64,000 bases of DNA from the IMG/VR virus record IMGVR_UViG_3300031248_000002. The stretch is one strand, 5' to 3'. This stretch comes from a virus. The translations under genes were made by a program, and so were the position numbers. Shown here one piece after another: positions 8,566 to 18,369 of the stretch. The notes under the pieces are model-generated. The model had not been told where the DNA came from and did not search any database. It saw nothing but the letters and a program-made list of their open reading frames with translations. How positions within the stretch are numbered: the stretch's first letter is position 1; each line of letters starts with the position of its first letter.

Positions 8566-10434
8566 ATGCCGTTTATCGTACCTTTACTTCCCGCTATCAT
8601 CGGTGCTGCCGGAGCTATCGGCGGAGGATTAGCGGCCCGACCATCTGGTAGCAGCGGATCGCAGCAACCGGGCGGATTGGCTGGCGCTGTGGGAGGCATT
8701 GACCAACAGAATCAGCAGCAATGGCAACAAGCAGCCGCGATAAATATGCTGAATTACGCGCGAGACTCCGGGCAAATCTCGCTCGACCGATACAATCAGC
8801 TTATTGGGCCGTTGATGGCCGGTTTGCAGCAGAACCAGGGAAGCGCTAATATATATCTGTGGGGCGGCGGTGACAACGGCGTTGGTCAAATCCCGCAGTT
8901 CGGCGGCGCGATGCAGGACTGGCAGGGCGGGATATTGGATCTGTTCCGGAATCTTGGCGAGTACACTACGCCGCAGATGCAGCAGGCGTACCAAGGGCTG
9001 TTCGGGTTGAACGAAGGTGCGGCGAATACTGGGAATCTTGCCGGACAGGTATTCGCGGGCGGCGGATGGTCCCCGTTCGGACAGCAAGTCCTGGACCGCG
9101 CGATGGAGATGGGGCAAGGGCAAGGGTGGCAGTTAGGCCAACTCGCGACGACCGGCGGTGAGTTACTCGGGCGGTACGGTGTGAACGGTATGACCGGTGG
9201 CGCGCAAGACGCAGCATTAGCTGCGTTAGCCGGACAAGGCCGGACGCCCGGTATAAACAATCTGTCGGCGGCGGGACAAAACGCGCTCGGCGGGTCGTTT
9301 GGTGTTGGCGGACTGACTCCGACCGGCGCAGTCGGTGAAGGCGTTGGGTTGCAGCAATTGCTGGAAGGCGGCCGGACGCCGCAGACTCAGGAACTAGCGA
9401 ACTTTGGGACGCAACAGGCGGCACAAGAACCGTTGCTGCCGATGGACGAAGCTCTGAACTTCGCGCGTCAGGAAGCAGCCCAGAATGTTGCCGGACAGCG
9501 CGAAGGCGCAATGCGACAGATTCTAGCGCGCGGGGGTGGTCCGGCCGCGTTGTCGCAAGGCGGGATGGGCGGGACACAAGCCCAAGGCGTCGCCGAGTTT
9601 GCCGACTATGCGTTGGAAGCCGAATCACAAGCGATCCGCGACGCGTTGATGAAACAGCAGGGTTTGCAGTTGCAGCGCCAAGAACAAGGCACCGGGATGG
9701 CGTTGAACGCGTTAGACCAAGAACGCGCGCGGCAGGCGGTATCCGCGTCGATGCTCGGGAATCTGGAGGACGTTGCGTCTCGCCGATTCCTGGCGGGCGG
9801 CGGGATGATGTCCGATGCCGAGAGGGTCGCTGCGCAACGCGAGTTAGGGCTAGGCGGTCTCGGGGTCAATGCGGGCGAACTTGAGAACCAACGGATGCAA
9901 ACCGGCGGGTCGCTGATGGATATTTACAACCGGTACCGATTAGGCGGTTTGTCGCTTGGTCAGCAAGGGCTGCAAGCGATGAACCAGTACGCGTTAGGCG
10001 CGGGCGGGTTACAGAACAGTATGATTGGGACGCAAGGCCAGAATTATAACAACATCTTGCAGAACATTTTGCAAGGCGGACAGCTTGGCGCGAATCGCGG
10101 CACGGCGATATCGAACGCGACGAATCAAGGATTCGGGAATCAGAATCAGTTTTACGGGAATCTGTTGCAAGCTCTGGCGGCGACGTACAACCCGCAAACG
10201 TCTATGGCTAATCAAGCTCTTAGCGTATTCGGTAATCTCGCGTCGTTCAATCCGTTTTCTCCGTACGGATCTGCACAAGCGGGGCAAGCGTCTCCGTGGG
10301 CGAGTATTCTTAGCGGCGTGGGACAGGTCGCGCAGGCCGGGGCTGCCGCAATAGGACATCCGAACATTTCGGGAATCCAAACTGGCCCGCCAGCTTACTT
10401 CCCATTCCCCGGCGGCGTTCCACCAATGTTATAA
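8566..10434 (+). CDS. Gly/Gln-rich internal virion (ejection/tape-measure-like) protein (622 aa)
   Basis: ATG is 1 nt after the GNAT stop. The N-terminus is hydrophobic (MPFIVPLLPAIIGAAGAIGGGLAA), and composition is repetitive and G/Q/A/L-rich. Confidence 0.55.
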   Translation: MPFIVPLLPAIIGAAGAIGGGLAARPSGSSGSQQPGGLAGAVGGIDQQNQQQWQQAAAINMLNYARDSGQISLDRYNQLIGPLMAGLQQNQGSANIYLWGGGDNGVGQIPQFGGAMQDWQGGILDLFRNLGEYTTPQMQQAYQGLFGLNEGAANTGNLAGQVFAGGGWSPFGQQVLDRAMEMGQGQGWQLGQLATTGGELLGRYGVNGMTGGAQDAALAALAGQGRTPGINNLSAAGQNALGGSFGVGGLTPTGAVGEGVGLQQLLEGGRTPQTQELANFGTQQAAQEPLLPMDEALNFARQEAAQNVAGQREGAMRQILARGGGPAALSQGGMGGTQAQGVAEFADYALEAESQAIRDALMKQQGLQLQRQEQGTGMALNALDQERARQAVSASMLGNLEDVASRRFLAGGGMMSDAERVAAQRELGLGGLGVNAGELENQRMQTGGSLMDIYNRYRLGGLSLGQQGLQAMNQYALGAGGLQNSMIGTQGQNYNNILQNILQGGQLGANRGTAISNATNQGFGNQNQFYGNLLQALAATYNPQTSMANQALSVFGNLASFNPFSPYGSAQAGQASPWASILSGVGQVAQAGAAAIGHPNISGIQTGPPAYFPFPGGVPPML

Positions 10435-10446
10435 ATTGGATTTCAC

Positions 10447-12057
10447 ATGGCTGATGAATTAGCAGATCAGGAACAAAGCGAGTTAGAGAAGTTCGTTCGC
10501 TCGTATATACAACGAACACCAAGCGTCACCGCTAAAGAGCGGATACAGGAGATGTTTGGGAAGAATTGGAATTCTGCATCTAAGAGTCAGAAGATAGGGT
10601 CTGTACTAAGCGGTTTGGGCGGATTGTTAACTGGGCGATCACAGTATGATCTAGAGCGAGAAAAAGCGTTGGAAGAGTACAAAACAGTCGCGCCGACTTT
10701 GCAGCGAGAATCCGCCGTTATCGCAGCGGAGCAAAAAGCGGCACAGGCTACGCGCGTTGCCGAGGAAAGAAACGATATTGCGCGGTTAACTGCGCAGTCT
10801 GTGCGGTATAAAAACGAGGCGCACGCGCAATACGAAGCCGCGCGGATTGCACTGGAATCCGGGAATCTAAAACTCGCACAGGATAAGTTCGCGGAAGCGA
10901 AACGGATAAACGATGAGGCAGGTCCGAAGTTAACATCTTTAGCGCAGAGTTCAGCGTATTATCAACGGTTGAAAGCAAAGGACCCCGACGCAGCCCAGGC
11001 ATGGCTGGAAGGCTTCGCGGATTTGAATGTAATCCAAGGCGCGGCGCGCGGCATGGGACAGGGACAAGGCGGGACTACGACTACGACCAGCGAACGGTTT
11101 TTACCGCCTGTTCAGGATCAGCAAGGCCGGTGGCAATTTTTTAGCGCTCCGGCAACAAGCCGGTCGCAGCGGACTCCGGGAGCGAACCAGGACGACGCGA
11201 TGAAACGGATACAGGATGTTTTGCAACGGTCTCGTGGCGCATCCGGAGCCGCGTTGCCACAACTGTCCCCGGACGTTGCGCCTGCTGCAACCCAACCGGC
11301 TGCGCCGCTCCCGGCGGCTCCGGTGCCTGCGCCGCAAGCTGCGTTGCAGAACATGATTCGGCCCCAGACTCCAGGCCCGGCATCCGGCGGCGCGAACCAA
11401 CCAGCGCTTCCTCCCGGTGTCCGGAACATTATGACGCTACCGGAAGAGTTCTCGCGGACTACTCCGGAAATGCAGGCGAAGCGGTTGACGGCGGACCGCG
11501 AAGCCCGAATCTCCGGTCTCGCGCGCGCGATGCCGGAATGGTGGGCTAGCGGGAATCTGGACGACGTGATCGGAACGCCGGAAGGCTGGATCGAAGGCGC
11601 GCGTAGGAAACTCGGAACCAGCAACGAGCAGATTCAGACTATCGACTGGGTGCTGCGTAAAGGTTTGCCGTCCGAAGTCAACGAGTCGTCGGGGTTGCAG
11701 TTCTCGACTAAAGAACTTGAGATCGCGGAAGCGAACTGGCCGAAGATTACGGATCACCCGCGTAGTATTATGCAGCGGATGAATATGATAAATATGACGG
11801 TCCAGGGATCGCGGTATATGCGCGAACTGGGGCTGACGCAGCGTCAGCGCGATTTGTTAGCCGGGTACTGGTTCAAGGAAATGGCGGACCGGTCTGCTAA
11901 GATCGTGCAGACAACCGAAGACGCAAAAGGCCGGAAGGACTGGCGTAACCGGTTGCCGAGCAACGTCGATATGGACCCGCGCGTACCCGTCGCGTTAGCG
12001 ATACGCAAAGCGCGCGCTGCGAATCCTAAAGACTTTCCGCTGCCCCGGAGTTTGTAA
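10447..12057 (+). CDS. internal virion protein candidate (536 aa)
   Basis: Long ORF with a coiled-coil-like N-terminal half and a Pro/Ala linker. The call rests on its position in a run of very large late proteins. Confidence 0.5.
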   Translation: MADELADQEQSELEKFVRSYIQRTPSVTAKERIQEMFGKNWNSASKSQKIGSVLSGLGGLLTGRSQYDLEREKALEEYKTVAPTLQRESAVIAAEQKAAQATRVAEERNDIARLTAQSVRYKNEAHAQYEAARIALESGNLKLAQDKFAEAKRINDEAGPKLTSLAQSSAYYQRLKAKDPDAAQAWLEGFADLNVIQGAARGMGQGQGGTTTTTSERFLPPVQDQQGRWQFFSAPATSRSQRTPGANQDDAMKRIQDVLQRSRGASGAALPQLSPDVAPAATQPAAPLPAAPVPAPQAALQNMIRPQTPGPASGGANQPALPPGVRNIMTLPEEFSRTTPEMQAKRLTADREARISGLARAMPEWWASGNLDDVIGTPEGWIEGARRKLGTSNEQIQTIDWVLRKGLPSEVNESSGLQFSTKELEIAEANWPKITDHPRSIMQRMNMINMTVQGSRYMRELGLTQRQRDLLAGYWFKEMADRSAKIVQTTEDAKGRKDWRNRLPSNVDMDPRVPVALAIRKARAANPKDFPLPRSL

Positions 12058-14081
12058 TGCCACAAGCGACTAATAAACGCGAACCTGACGAGTTAGATTT
12101 GCTGCTGGACAAACTAGGTGCGTCGGACGATCCCCGAGACAGGGACGCGGTTCGCCGGATGTACAAAGAAGAAGCGGCTCCGGCAGTCGAGACGCCGACT
12201 GTATTTCGGCGTCCTGGGACGGAAGATACCGAAGGGTCTCCGGAGCAAGGCCGTAAACGTGCGGGCGTAGCGGAGGATGTTCTGAAGCAATTATTTTCTA
12301 CCGGACTAGACGTAGCAGCGGCCGCGCCGGGCGGCGGGACGTCTATGGCCGCATCGGTCGCTATCCCGGCTCTTATGCGGATGATCTTCCCGAATCAAAA
12401 ACCGCCGGAGTACATGTCGCCGGAGAACGCCGCGTCCGGAGCGTCCCTGCTGACTAACCTCGCGACCAAGGCGTCGCCGTTAGGTAAAGCGACTAAATAC
12501 GGCCCGTTAGTCCTGAAAGGACTATTGGAAGGCGCGGTACCGGGGGCCGCGTACGTTGGCGAGTCCGCGCGGGAGGGGGATACGTTAACCGGGCCTAGCA
12601 AAGCCTTCGCAGTCGGGTTGCCCGGTTTGCTTGGCGCGCTCGGCGGCGTCCACGCGACAAACACGTACCGTCGGGCGACGCAAGGACCGGCGGCTATGGC
12701 CGCGCGCGCCCCAGGACAAGTGACGTCCGGCGAAATAACGGGCGCTCCGTTACCGGATATCGACGTGGCGCGCGCCGATCTGGAAGCGCTGCAAAAACGC
12801 GCTGGGATTGGCGCAGGGGCTCTTACAGACTTGGAACAGCTACCCGGTAACCTGCCGCCGTCGCAGAATGCGGATCTAGTTAGACAAAACGCTTCCAGAT
12901 CGGCTCAGTTAGCGTCCGACCGGTTACGAGACGCACAGCAAGCGCGCAGTCTGCTTAAAGCGTCGCTTACCGATGTCGGTCGCGATTTGTCGCTGATTTC
13001 GGTTCGCGAAAAGCAAATCCAACGGAATATTGGCGCGTTGCTGAAGAACCCGGACATCGGCGATCTGGCGAAAAACAAACAAATAAATGCGTTACGCGAG
13101 GAAATGGGGCAGTTACCGGATCGCAAGGAAAGTCTGCTTATGCGCCAAGCGGAGTTAAGAAAGAACATCGACGCGTCCGAATCGCAGATCGCTCAGTTTG
13201 AGGAACTGGCGCGTAGCACGGAAACAACCTCTCAGGTCGCATTAAAACAATGGGACACTGTGAAGACTAGTGAGGTTGCGCGGAAAAACATCGTTAACGA
13301 TTTTGATAAACGAACCGGTTGGAAGTTCGGACAGTTGAATCCGGACGATAAAGAGCTTATCCGACGGCTGGCTAAGGAAGCGCCGAACGAAATGGTAGAC
13401 AAAACTATCGGTCAAGCGATGTCCGGCGCGGTAGAGAAAGCGCAGGAGCACGCGTATAATTGGGCAAAAACGCTATTCGATCCGAATAGCAAGATTCTGA
13501 ACGAGGAAGAACGGAATGCTATGCGGACGCTTGTCGCGCGACGCATTGTTGCTGAATCACGGGACCCTGCGACCGGCACGATGCGACAGTTCCTTCGGAC
13601 GAAAGGCGGCGAGACGGGGTTCACGCATAGCGGATTAAGCAAAATTGGGGAAGACGCGATTAATACTATCTTTGATTCCCCGAGCGCGTATACGAACCTG
13701 ACTAAGCTAGCGGATGATCTCAATACCGCTAACAAACCGGGTCTGAGGCTTATCGCGCTAGGCGGCGGGTCCGTCGCGGGTGGAATGGCAATGTTCTTCT
13801 GGGGCGCGCGGTTCGCGCAGCAGCACGAAGCGTTGGGCGCGGCTGGTATCGGCACCGGCGTTATTATTGCCGGTAAAATCGGATGGGATAAATTTGTCGA
13901 TTACGTAGTTAGCCGGGCGCATAAGGATACAGACGCATCGCAAGCGTTGTTCAAAGCTATGGAAAACCGTATGTTGCTACCCGCGAAAGGCGTCGCGTCG
14001 TCTACAGCGGGACAAGCTATCGCGGAACCGGCGGTCCGGGCTAAGAATCGCCGGAGGGCCGATATTCCACAGCAGCCTTAA
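12057..14081 (+). CDS. internal virion protein candidate (674 aa)
   Basis: TAATG coupling to the previous gene. It has a coiled-coil middle and hydrophobic C-terminal segments (GGGSVAGGMAMFFWG, AAGIGTGVIIAG). Confidence 0.5.
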   Translation: MPQATNKREPDELDLLLDKLGASDDPRDRDAVRRMYKEEAAPAVETPTVFRRPGTEDTEGSPEQGRKRAGVAEDVLKQLFSTGLDVAAAAPGGGTSMAASVAIPALMRMIFPNQKPPEYMSPENAASGASLLTNLATKASPLGKATKYGPLVLKGLLEGAVPGAAYVGESAREGDTLTGPSKAFAVGLPGLLGALGGVHATNTYRRATQGPAAMAARAPGQVTSGEITGAPLPDIDVARADLEALQKRAGIGAGALTDLEQLPGNLPPSQNADLVRQNASRSAQLASDRLRDAQQARSLLKASLTDVGRDLSLISVREKQIQRNIGALLKNPDIGDLAKNKQINALREEMGQLPDRKESLLMRQAELRKNIDASESQIAQFEELARSTETTSQVALKQWDTVKTSEVARKNIVNDFDKRTGWKFGQLNPDDKELIRRLAKEAPNEMVDKTIGQAMSGAVEKAQEHAYNWAKTLFDPNSKILNEEERNAMRTLVARRIVAESRDPATGTMRQFLRTKGGETGFTHSGLSKIGEDAINTIFDSPSAYTNLTKLADDLNTANKPGLRLIALGGGSVAGGMAMFFWGARFAQQHEALGAAGIGTGVIIAGKIGWDKFVDYVVSRAHKDTDASQALFKAMENRMLLPAKGVASSTAGQAIAEPAVRAKNRRRADIPQQP

Positions 14082-14920
14082 CCGACTACTACGCCTATGT
14101 CAACCTCGCGTTCAAACCGTACGCGCAGGTCGTCGCGTTGATTTACCGAAAAGATCAATTCCTTCACCGGAGCCTCTCCATGCCGTGAGATCCATCGCGA
14201 CCGAAGTCGCCACGCTTCGTGTTTGCATCCGGCGATCTGCGGCAAACGTGCAACCGTCCCTAACGTATCCATGTCGCCGTACCAATTCGACGAGCCACGA
14301 AAGTTATATGGGTCCAGCGGATCGGCGAGGAAACGCGGATCGCGGACCGGCTTGCCGAAGTGATGCGAGATAATCACGGAGAGTTCTAGGTCGCGGTATT
14401 CGGCTATCAACCTGTCGATGCTAAGCAGCACCCGCGCGATTTCGGTGTTCGAGTTCTCTTCTGCCGTATGGAACTTCGAGATCGGGTCTAGAATCAGCAC
14501 ATTCGGCCGGACTTGTTCGACGAGGTCAGAGATTATACGACGTCCTTCTGGGGAGTCCAGCTTCATCTCCGGGTTCTTCGACACCCACCAAAGATTTTCG
14601 GCGAGGCAATCAGCGTGCAGATCCGAGAAGATTTTACGCGAACGTTTCTGCAAGCCATACGTTCCTAGCTCTTGTTCCAGGTACAGAACGCGGGCGGGAT
14701 CGCGCACCCAGAAACCCGGATATCCGAACGGGACGTCGGCGGACGCAAGCGCACGGGCAAGTTCCATCGCTACCAACGACTTCCCGGCCTTAGCGTTCCC
14801 ACCGAACATCAGCTTACCGCCGCGTGGAAGAACGGCCGGGTATATCCAGGACGGAGTTTCCGGAACTGGAGCGGCGAGTAGTTCGGCGATAGTTCTAGCT
14901 TCCGGTTGGGTTTCCGTCAC
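14078..14920 (-). CDS. RepA/DnaB-like P-loop ATPase (AAA_25-like; putative replicative helicase)
   Basis: Walker A is GGNAKAGKS and Walker B-like is VLILDPISKFH. The architecture is RecA-fold-like. Confidence 0.65.
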   Translation of the reverse strand: MTETQPEARTIAELLAAPVPETPSWIYPAVLPRGGKLMFGGNAKAGKSLVAMELARALASADVPFGYPGFWVRDPARVLYLEQELGTYGLQKRSRKIFSDLHADCLAENLWWVSKNPEMKLDSPEGRRIISDLVEQVRPNVLILDPISKFHTAEENSNTEIARVLLSIDRLIAEYRDLELSVIISHHFGKPVRDPRFLADPLDPYNFRGSSNWYGDMDTLGTVARLPQIAGCKHEAWRLRSRWISRHGEAPVKELIFSVNQRDDLRVRFEREVDIGVVVG

Positions 14921-15257
14921 TCTGCGCCGCTCCCAGAACTAACGGGGTTCCCCGTGGACGGAACAGATTGGTTAGGAAATCTTTCGCTTTGTTTAGCTTG
15001 GTCTGTTCTGGCACAGACTCCGAGGTAATTGGAATTTCGGTCTCAGTCGGAAACGAAGCAAACGCGCGATCCGCTGCGGTCATCGCCAGTGCGGACAGAT
15101 ATACCCAGTCGTCAAACGTTGGTGTGTTAGTCACAAAAACCTCGTGGACGAAGGTATTGAAATCAACCGGCGTATCGTTCTTGACGAAAATCGCATGGTC
15201 TTCGGTAATACGTGCCAGAACCTCTGGCTTCAAAAGATCGTAATCAGGTATCGGCAT
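14895..15257 (-). CDS. hypothetical protein (120 aa)
   Basis: ORF in the early operon. No motif was recognised. Confidence 0.45.
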   Translation of the reverse strand: MPIPDYDLLKPEVLARITEDHAIFVKNDTPVDFNTFVHEVFVTNTPTFDDWVYLSALAMTAADRAFASFPTETEIPITSESVPEQTKLNKAKDFLTNLFRPRGTPLVLGAAQSDGNPTGS

Positions 15258-15262
15258 ATCGG

Positions 15263-15679
15263 TTACTTCTTTCCTTTCCGTTTACGCGTTCGGCGGAACT
15301 TGACGCCCGCGAGATCCATAGTCTTCTCCCAGAGTTCAGGTGGGATGCCGCGAACTTCCAAATCCTCGCCGTCTCCGAACCAGAACTCCGTACAGTCCGC
15401 CAGCAGATTACGCGCTTTGACGAGGTGCTCGACTTCACCGAGTTTCATCCAGCACAAACGGCCGTCGTCAAAGTATAGATGTCCATTCGTGCCGGGTATG
15501 ATCGGGTCGCCGACTTCGTCCAGCGACAGCTTTGTTTTATACTTCGCAGCGAACTCTTGTTCAGACCGGGGTAACTTATCAGCCGGTTCAATCCGACGCT
15601 TCCTAGGACGTGAAATCACGGCCGTACCGACGACGTTTTCTGCCTTACTTGCTGATAACAAAGCAGTTATGGATTTCAT
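15263..15679 (-). CDS. hypothetical basic-tailed protein (138 aa from ATG 15679)
   Basis: The ORF-track ORF extends to 15865 but overlaps the C2H2 ORF there. The internal ATG at 15679 avoids the overlap. The start is uncertain because there is no clear SD. Confidence 0.4.
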   Translation of the reverse strand: MKSITALLSASKAENVVGTAVISRPRKRRIEPADKLPRSEQEFAAKYKTKLSLDEVGDPIIPGTNGHLYFDDGRLCWMKLGEVEHLVKARNLLADCTEFWFGDGEDLEVRGIPPELWEKTMDLAGVKFRRTRKRKGKK

Positions 15680-15711
15680 AAGGGTTTTGTTTGTTTTCAA
15701 CAACTTACGAG

Positions 15712-15915
15712 CTATTCGGACTCCGGCCCTACACCGTCTTCGTATCGCCGCCACGGAGCCTTCCCGCGATCCGCGAAATGCGCATCTTGGCACCGGCTGT
15801 GGTTTAGATGCACTTCTAACGACGCGAGATTGTGAAAACCTTCCGAGCAGAACTTGCAGACCCAATTGGCGTACCGGGTGTCCGGTACCGCGTTGTCGTC
15901 GAAGTCAGCGGGCAT
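15712..15915 (-). CDS. C2H2-like zinc-finger mini-protein (67 aa)
   Basis: It contains the pattern CKFCSEGFHNLASLEVHLNHSRC. Confidence 0.45.
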   Translation of the reverse strand: MPADFDDNAVPDTRYANWVCKFCSEGFHNLASLEVHLNHSRCQDAHFADRGKAPWRRYEDGVGPESE

Positions 15916-16432
15916 TAGACGCCTCCTTAGCTTTCAGGACCTCGTGCAAATACCCCATTGCGTTGAACATCGTTGCGCAGATGCTTTCTTCTAGATCGGC
16001 TGGGTCCGCGATTCCACGATGCAGCTTCCACCACGCGAACAAATGCCGCAACGCCGACTTCATGTATACCGACAACGGCATCCCTTTCTGCCAGTTGTCG
16101 CCGTCCCGCAGCGTTCCGTCCGCTTGTACGCGGTGCTTGTTCAAGTACTGCGCGTACCGTTCCAGGACCGCTGGCGACAGGAACGCTTCATAGTCCAGCT
16201 TATTCGCGTCGGTGTCGCGAGTTGCGCCCGTGTCGAATTTGCGAATTGGTATGTCCAGCTTTGGAAGCTGGAGATCCTGAATACCTCGGTACTGCGAAGT
16301 CGTTGGTTCCTTCATTTGTAATTCCTCTTTAGGAGAAATATTAAGCGGGTTCGCAGTACAAATCGGACAAAGCGGGTTATTGCAACCTTTCCAAACTAGC
16401 CCTTCAAACATATTTACCCTTTCGTCGGACAT
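15905..16432 (-). CDS. dATP/dGTP diphosphohydrolase-like (DUF5664/MazG-like all-alpha NTP-PPase) protein
   Basis: The segment FDTGATRD..KLDYE..SP.VLERYAQYL..HR...DG..R.GDNWQKG.P...YMKS.LRH matches the phage dGTP_diPhyd_N-type pattern as I remember it. An N-terminal CNNPLCPIC cluster is present. Confidence 0.5.
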   Translation of the reverse strand: MSDERVNMFEGLVWKGCNNPLCPICTANPLNISPKEELQMKEPTTSQYRGIQDLQLPKLDIPIRKFDTGATRDTDANKLDYEAFLSPAVLERYAQYLNKHRVQADGTLRDGDNWQKGMPLSVYMKSALRHLFAWWKLHRGIADPADLEESICATMFNAMGYLHEVLKAKEASNAR

Positions 16433-16435
16433 CGG

Positions 16436-17284
16436 TTACTTCTCCTTCCCATACCGTTTTCCATTCACTGTAAACTGGCCACGGTTAATCACGACGATAT
16501 TGTCCGTAAACTCGCCGTCCGGCCAGAACCAGCCGTACTCGAAACCGTGCATAAAGTTCGACGGCGCGGATTTGACGTAGTACGGGTCGCGCGACGCCAG
16601 CGCGGGAACGATCACGCCGGAATGGTAATCCTGCTTGTCGATCGGCGATTTCTTTGTGTACGCGTCGTATGTGTGGACATGGCCCGCGCGGATGTTCCGG
16701 TTGTACGCTTCGACAAGGGCGCGGGCCGGACTCCGGTACTGGCGGGCTTGAAGAACGGAGTCGCCATGCACAAAGTACAGTTTGGCTTTGCGCGCGCCGT
16801 GCGCGAGTTGGTACATTTCGCCTTGTGAGACGATATGCTTCCACACACCGGAACCCCCGAGGTACGAATGCGCCTCAACCATCCCTTCCAGACCCGGCTG
16901 TTCATCTACAAGCTGGTGTATCCAGGCTTCGTGGTTACCGTCCAGCCATACATTCTCTGCGCCGCCACATAAGACATCGTGGAACAAAGTTTGGAACTTA
17001 TCGAATTCCGTCTTCAACCGGAAGCCTTCAACAAGCCGGGGTTTTCCTTTCAGCCAATGTGATACGGGGCCGCAGTTAATCTGGTCGCCGCCGAAGATCA
17101 GGACGTCCGGCGCAAAGTCCTGAACGAAATCTAACGTCGCGCGGATCGCGGGTTCGTTATGCGTCGGCCGGACTACGCGCTTCCCGCCGGTCTGCGCCCA
17201 CTCCCAGCCAACGTGCACGTCAAACAACGCGACGAATTTGCTGGCCGTTGCGGACAACGGCTCCTTACGGACTTTCTTAGTCAT
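16436..17284 (-). CDS. calcineurin-like metallophosphoesterase (282 aa)
   Basis: Motifs seen are DVHVG, GGDQ, DGNHE, HGD and GHVHT. Confidence 0.75.
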   Translation of the reverse strand: MTKKVRKEPLSATASKFVALFDVHVGWEWAQTGGKRVVRPTHNEPAIRATLDFVQDFAPDVLIFGGDQINCGPVSHWLKGKPRLVEGFRLKTEFDKFQTLFHDVLCGGAENVWLDGNHEAWIHQLVDEQPGLEGMVEAHSYLGGSGVWKHIVSQGEMYQLAHGARKAKLYFVHGDSVLQARQYRSPARALVEAYNRNIRAGHVHTYDAYTKKSPIDKQDYHSGVIVPALASRDPYYVKSAPSNFMHGFEYGWFWPDGEFTDNIVVINRGQFTVNGKRYGKEK

Positions 17285-17292
17285 GTATCTCC

Positions 17293-17862
17293 TTAACGTT
17301 GTACGCGTGCCGGAACCTCGACCACAGACGCAAACCAGTCCGTGATACTAGCGGCGATGCGGAAAAGCAACTGCATGTACCCAACGGCGACGCGGGACTG
17401 TGGTTCGGTCAACGGGACGGTTCGGTCGCCGGGACACACCGCAGTTTCCGGCGTTAAAGACAACAGGTTTTTGCCCGATGTATCTGCGACCAAGAACTCC
17501 GCGCGGCTAGCGGACATCGTGAACACGCGGTTTTCCGTGGTCAGCGGCATTGTCCCACACGCTTTAGCTGCGACGGTTGTTAGCTCTCGAACAGCAGACC
17601 ACAACCGCGCTTGAGTCGAGATCTGCGTCTTTGCGTATATTGATTTCGTCGATACCGCGCGATCGTTACGCGTCACGGTTTCTTTGTCAAAATCCAGCGT
17701 CCACTTGGCGTCTTCCGATACTATACGCTCGTCCGCGTCGTGCACTACGCTGGTCCAGACGAACAACTGCGATGCGGCTTCCGATAACTCGACGCGTTCC
17801 AGACCGAGATGATTCTGCGCGCTTAGTGCGGCGGTAATAAGCAGAGTTAGAAATAAACGCAT
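17293..17862 (-). CDS. secreted protein (189 aa)
   Basis: MRLFLTLLITAALSAQN looks like a signal peptide. There is no other motif. Confidence 0.55.
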   Translation of the reverse strand: MRLFLTLLITAALSAQNHLGLERVELSEAASQLFVWTSVVHDADERIVSEDAKWTLDFDKETVTRNDRAVSTKSIYAKTQISTQARLWSAVRELTTVAAKACGTMPLTTENRVFTMSASRAEFLVADTSGKNLLSLTPETAVCPGDRTVPLTEPQSRVAVGYMQLLFRIAASITDWFASVVEVPARVQR

Positions 17863-17865
17863 AAC

Positions 17866-18369
17866 TTATTTCTCCTTTGGATCTGTTAACTTAAGATCCT
17901 CTAACACTTGACGCGCGAGATCCGACGCTCCGGCTAACTGGTTCGCATCGTCGCCGCCGACTTCTTTGATTTGATCTTGCACCGCGAGGGCAGACGCGAG
18001 AAATATTAGAACGAGTTCTTCGGGTCGTAACAAACCTTCCTCGACGTGCTCATTGACTTCGCCAACGAGAGCGGTGACGTAACCGGAGAGGCGGAATAAA
18101 CGCTTCCTAGGCATTTCTGCGCCGAGTGTCGCCGGACGCAACGCCGCAATCACTGCGTTGTTAAGATACGTTTTAATCTCTCGCGTCGCAAATAAATCGT
18201 TCGCTTTCTTCTTAACCGGCATAGTATCCGTTCCCAGCGGGAGCCCTTCCTCGATCTCAATTGTCTGTAGTAAATGCGGCCGGATGTCGCGGCGTTCCCG
18301 TTCTGCACCCCACAACTGCGTGCGGGGAAAACGCGGCCAGCGAAGATAGTAACGACGATAACACGGCAC
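17866..18369 (-). CDS. hypothetical protein (167 aa; may start at ATG 18222)
   Basis: The Arg-rich first 49 aa look non-native, and the internal start MPVKKKANDLF is plausible. Confidence 0.4.
   Translation of the reverse strand: MPCYRRYYLRWPRFPRTQLWGAERERRDIRPHLLQTIEIEEGLPLGTDTMPVKKKANDLFATREIKTYLNNAVIAALRPATLGAEMPRKRLFRLSGYVTALVGEVNEHVEEGLLRPEELVLIFLASALAVQDQIKEVGGDDANQLAGASDLARQVLEDLKLTDPKEK

Noticed and set aside
15144-16193. 349-aa ORF on the + strand in the replication block
   Set aside because: It overlaps four - strand genes that carry clear motifs. It is Ser/Arg/Pro-rich and I treat it as a shadow ORF. The same reasoning applies to 27428-28111, 34773-35420, 37320-37946, 38052-38744 and 14418-14942.
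15905-16432. Idea that the phage has a 2-aminoadenine (Z) genome, because of a MazZ-like protein plus PolA
   Set aside because: No PurZ-like (adenylosuccinate-synthetase-like) or DatZ-like (HD) gene is visible in the window, and the family call itself comes from memory. The evidence is insufficient, so it is kept only as a caveat in a broader finding.
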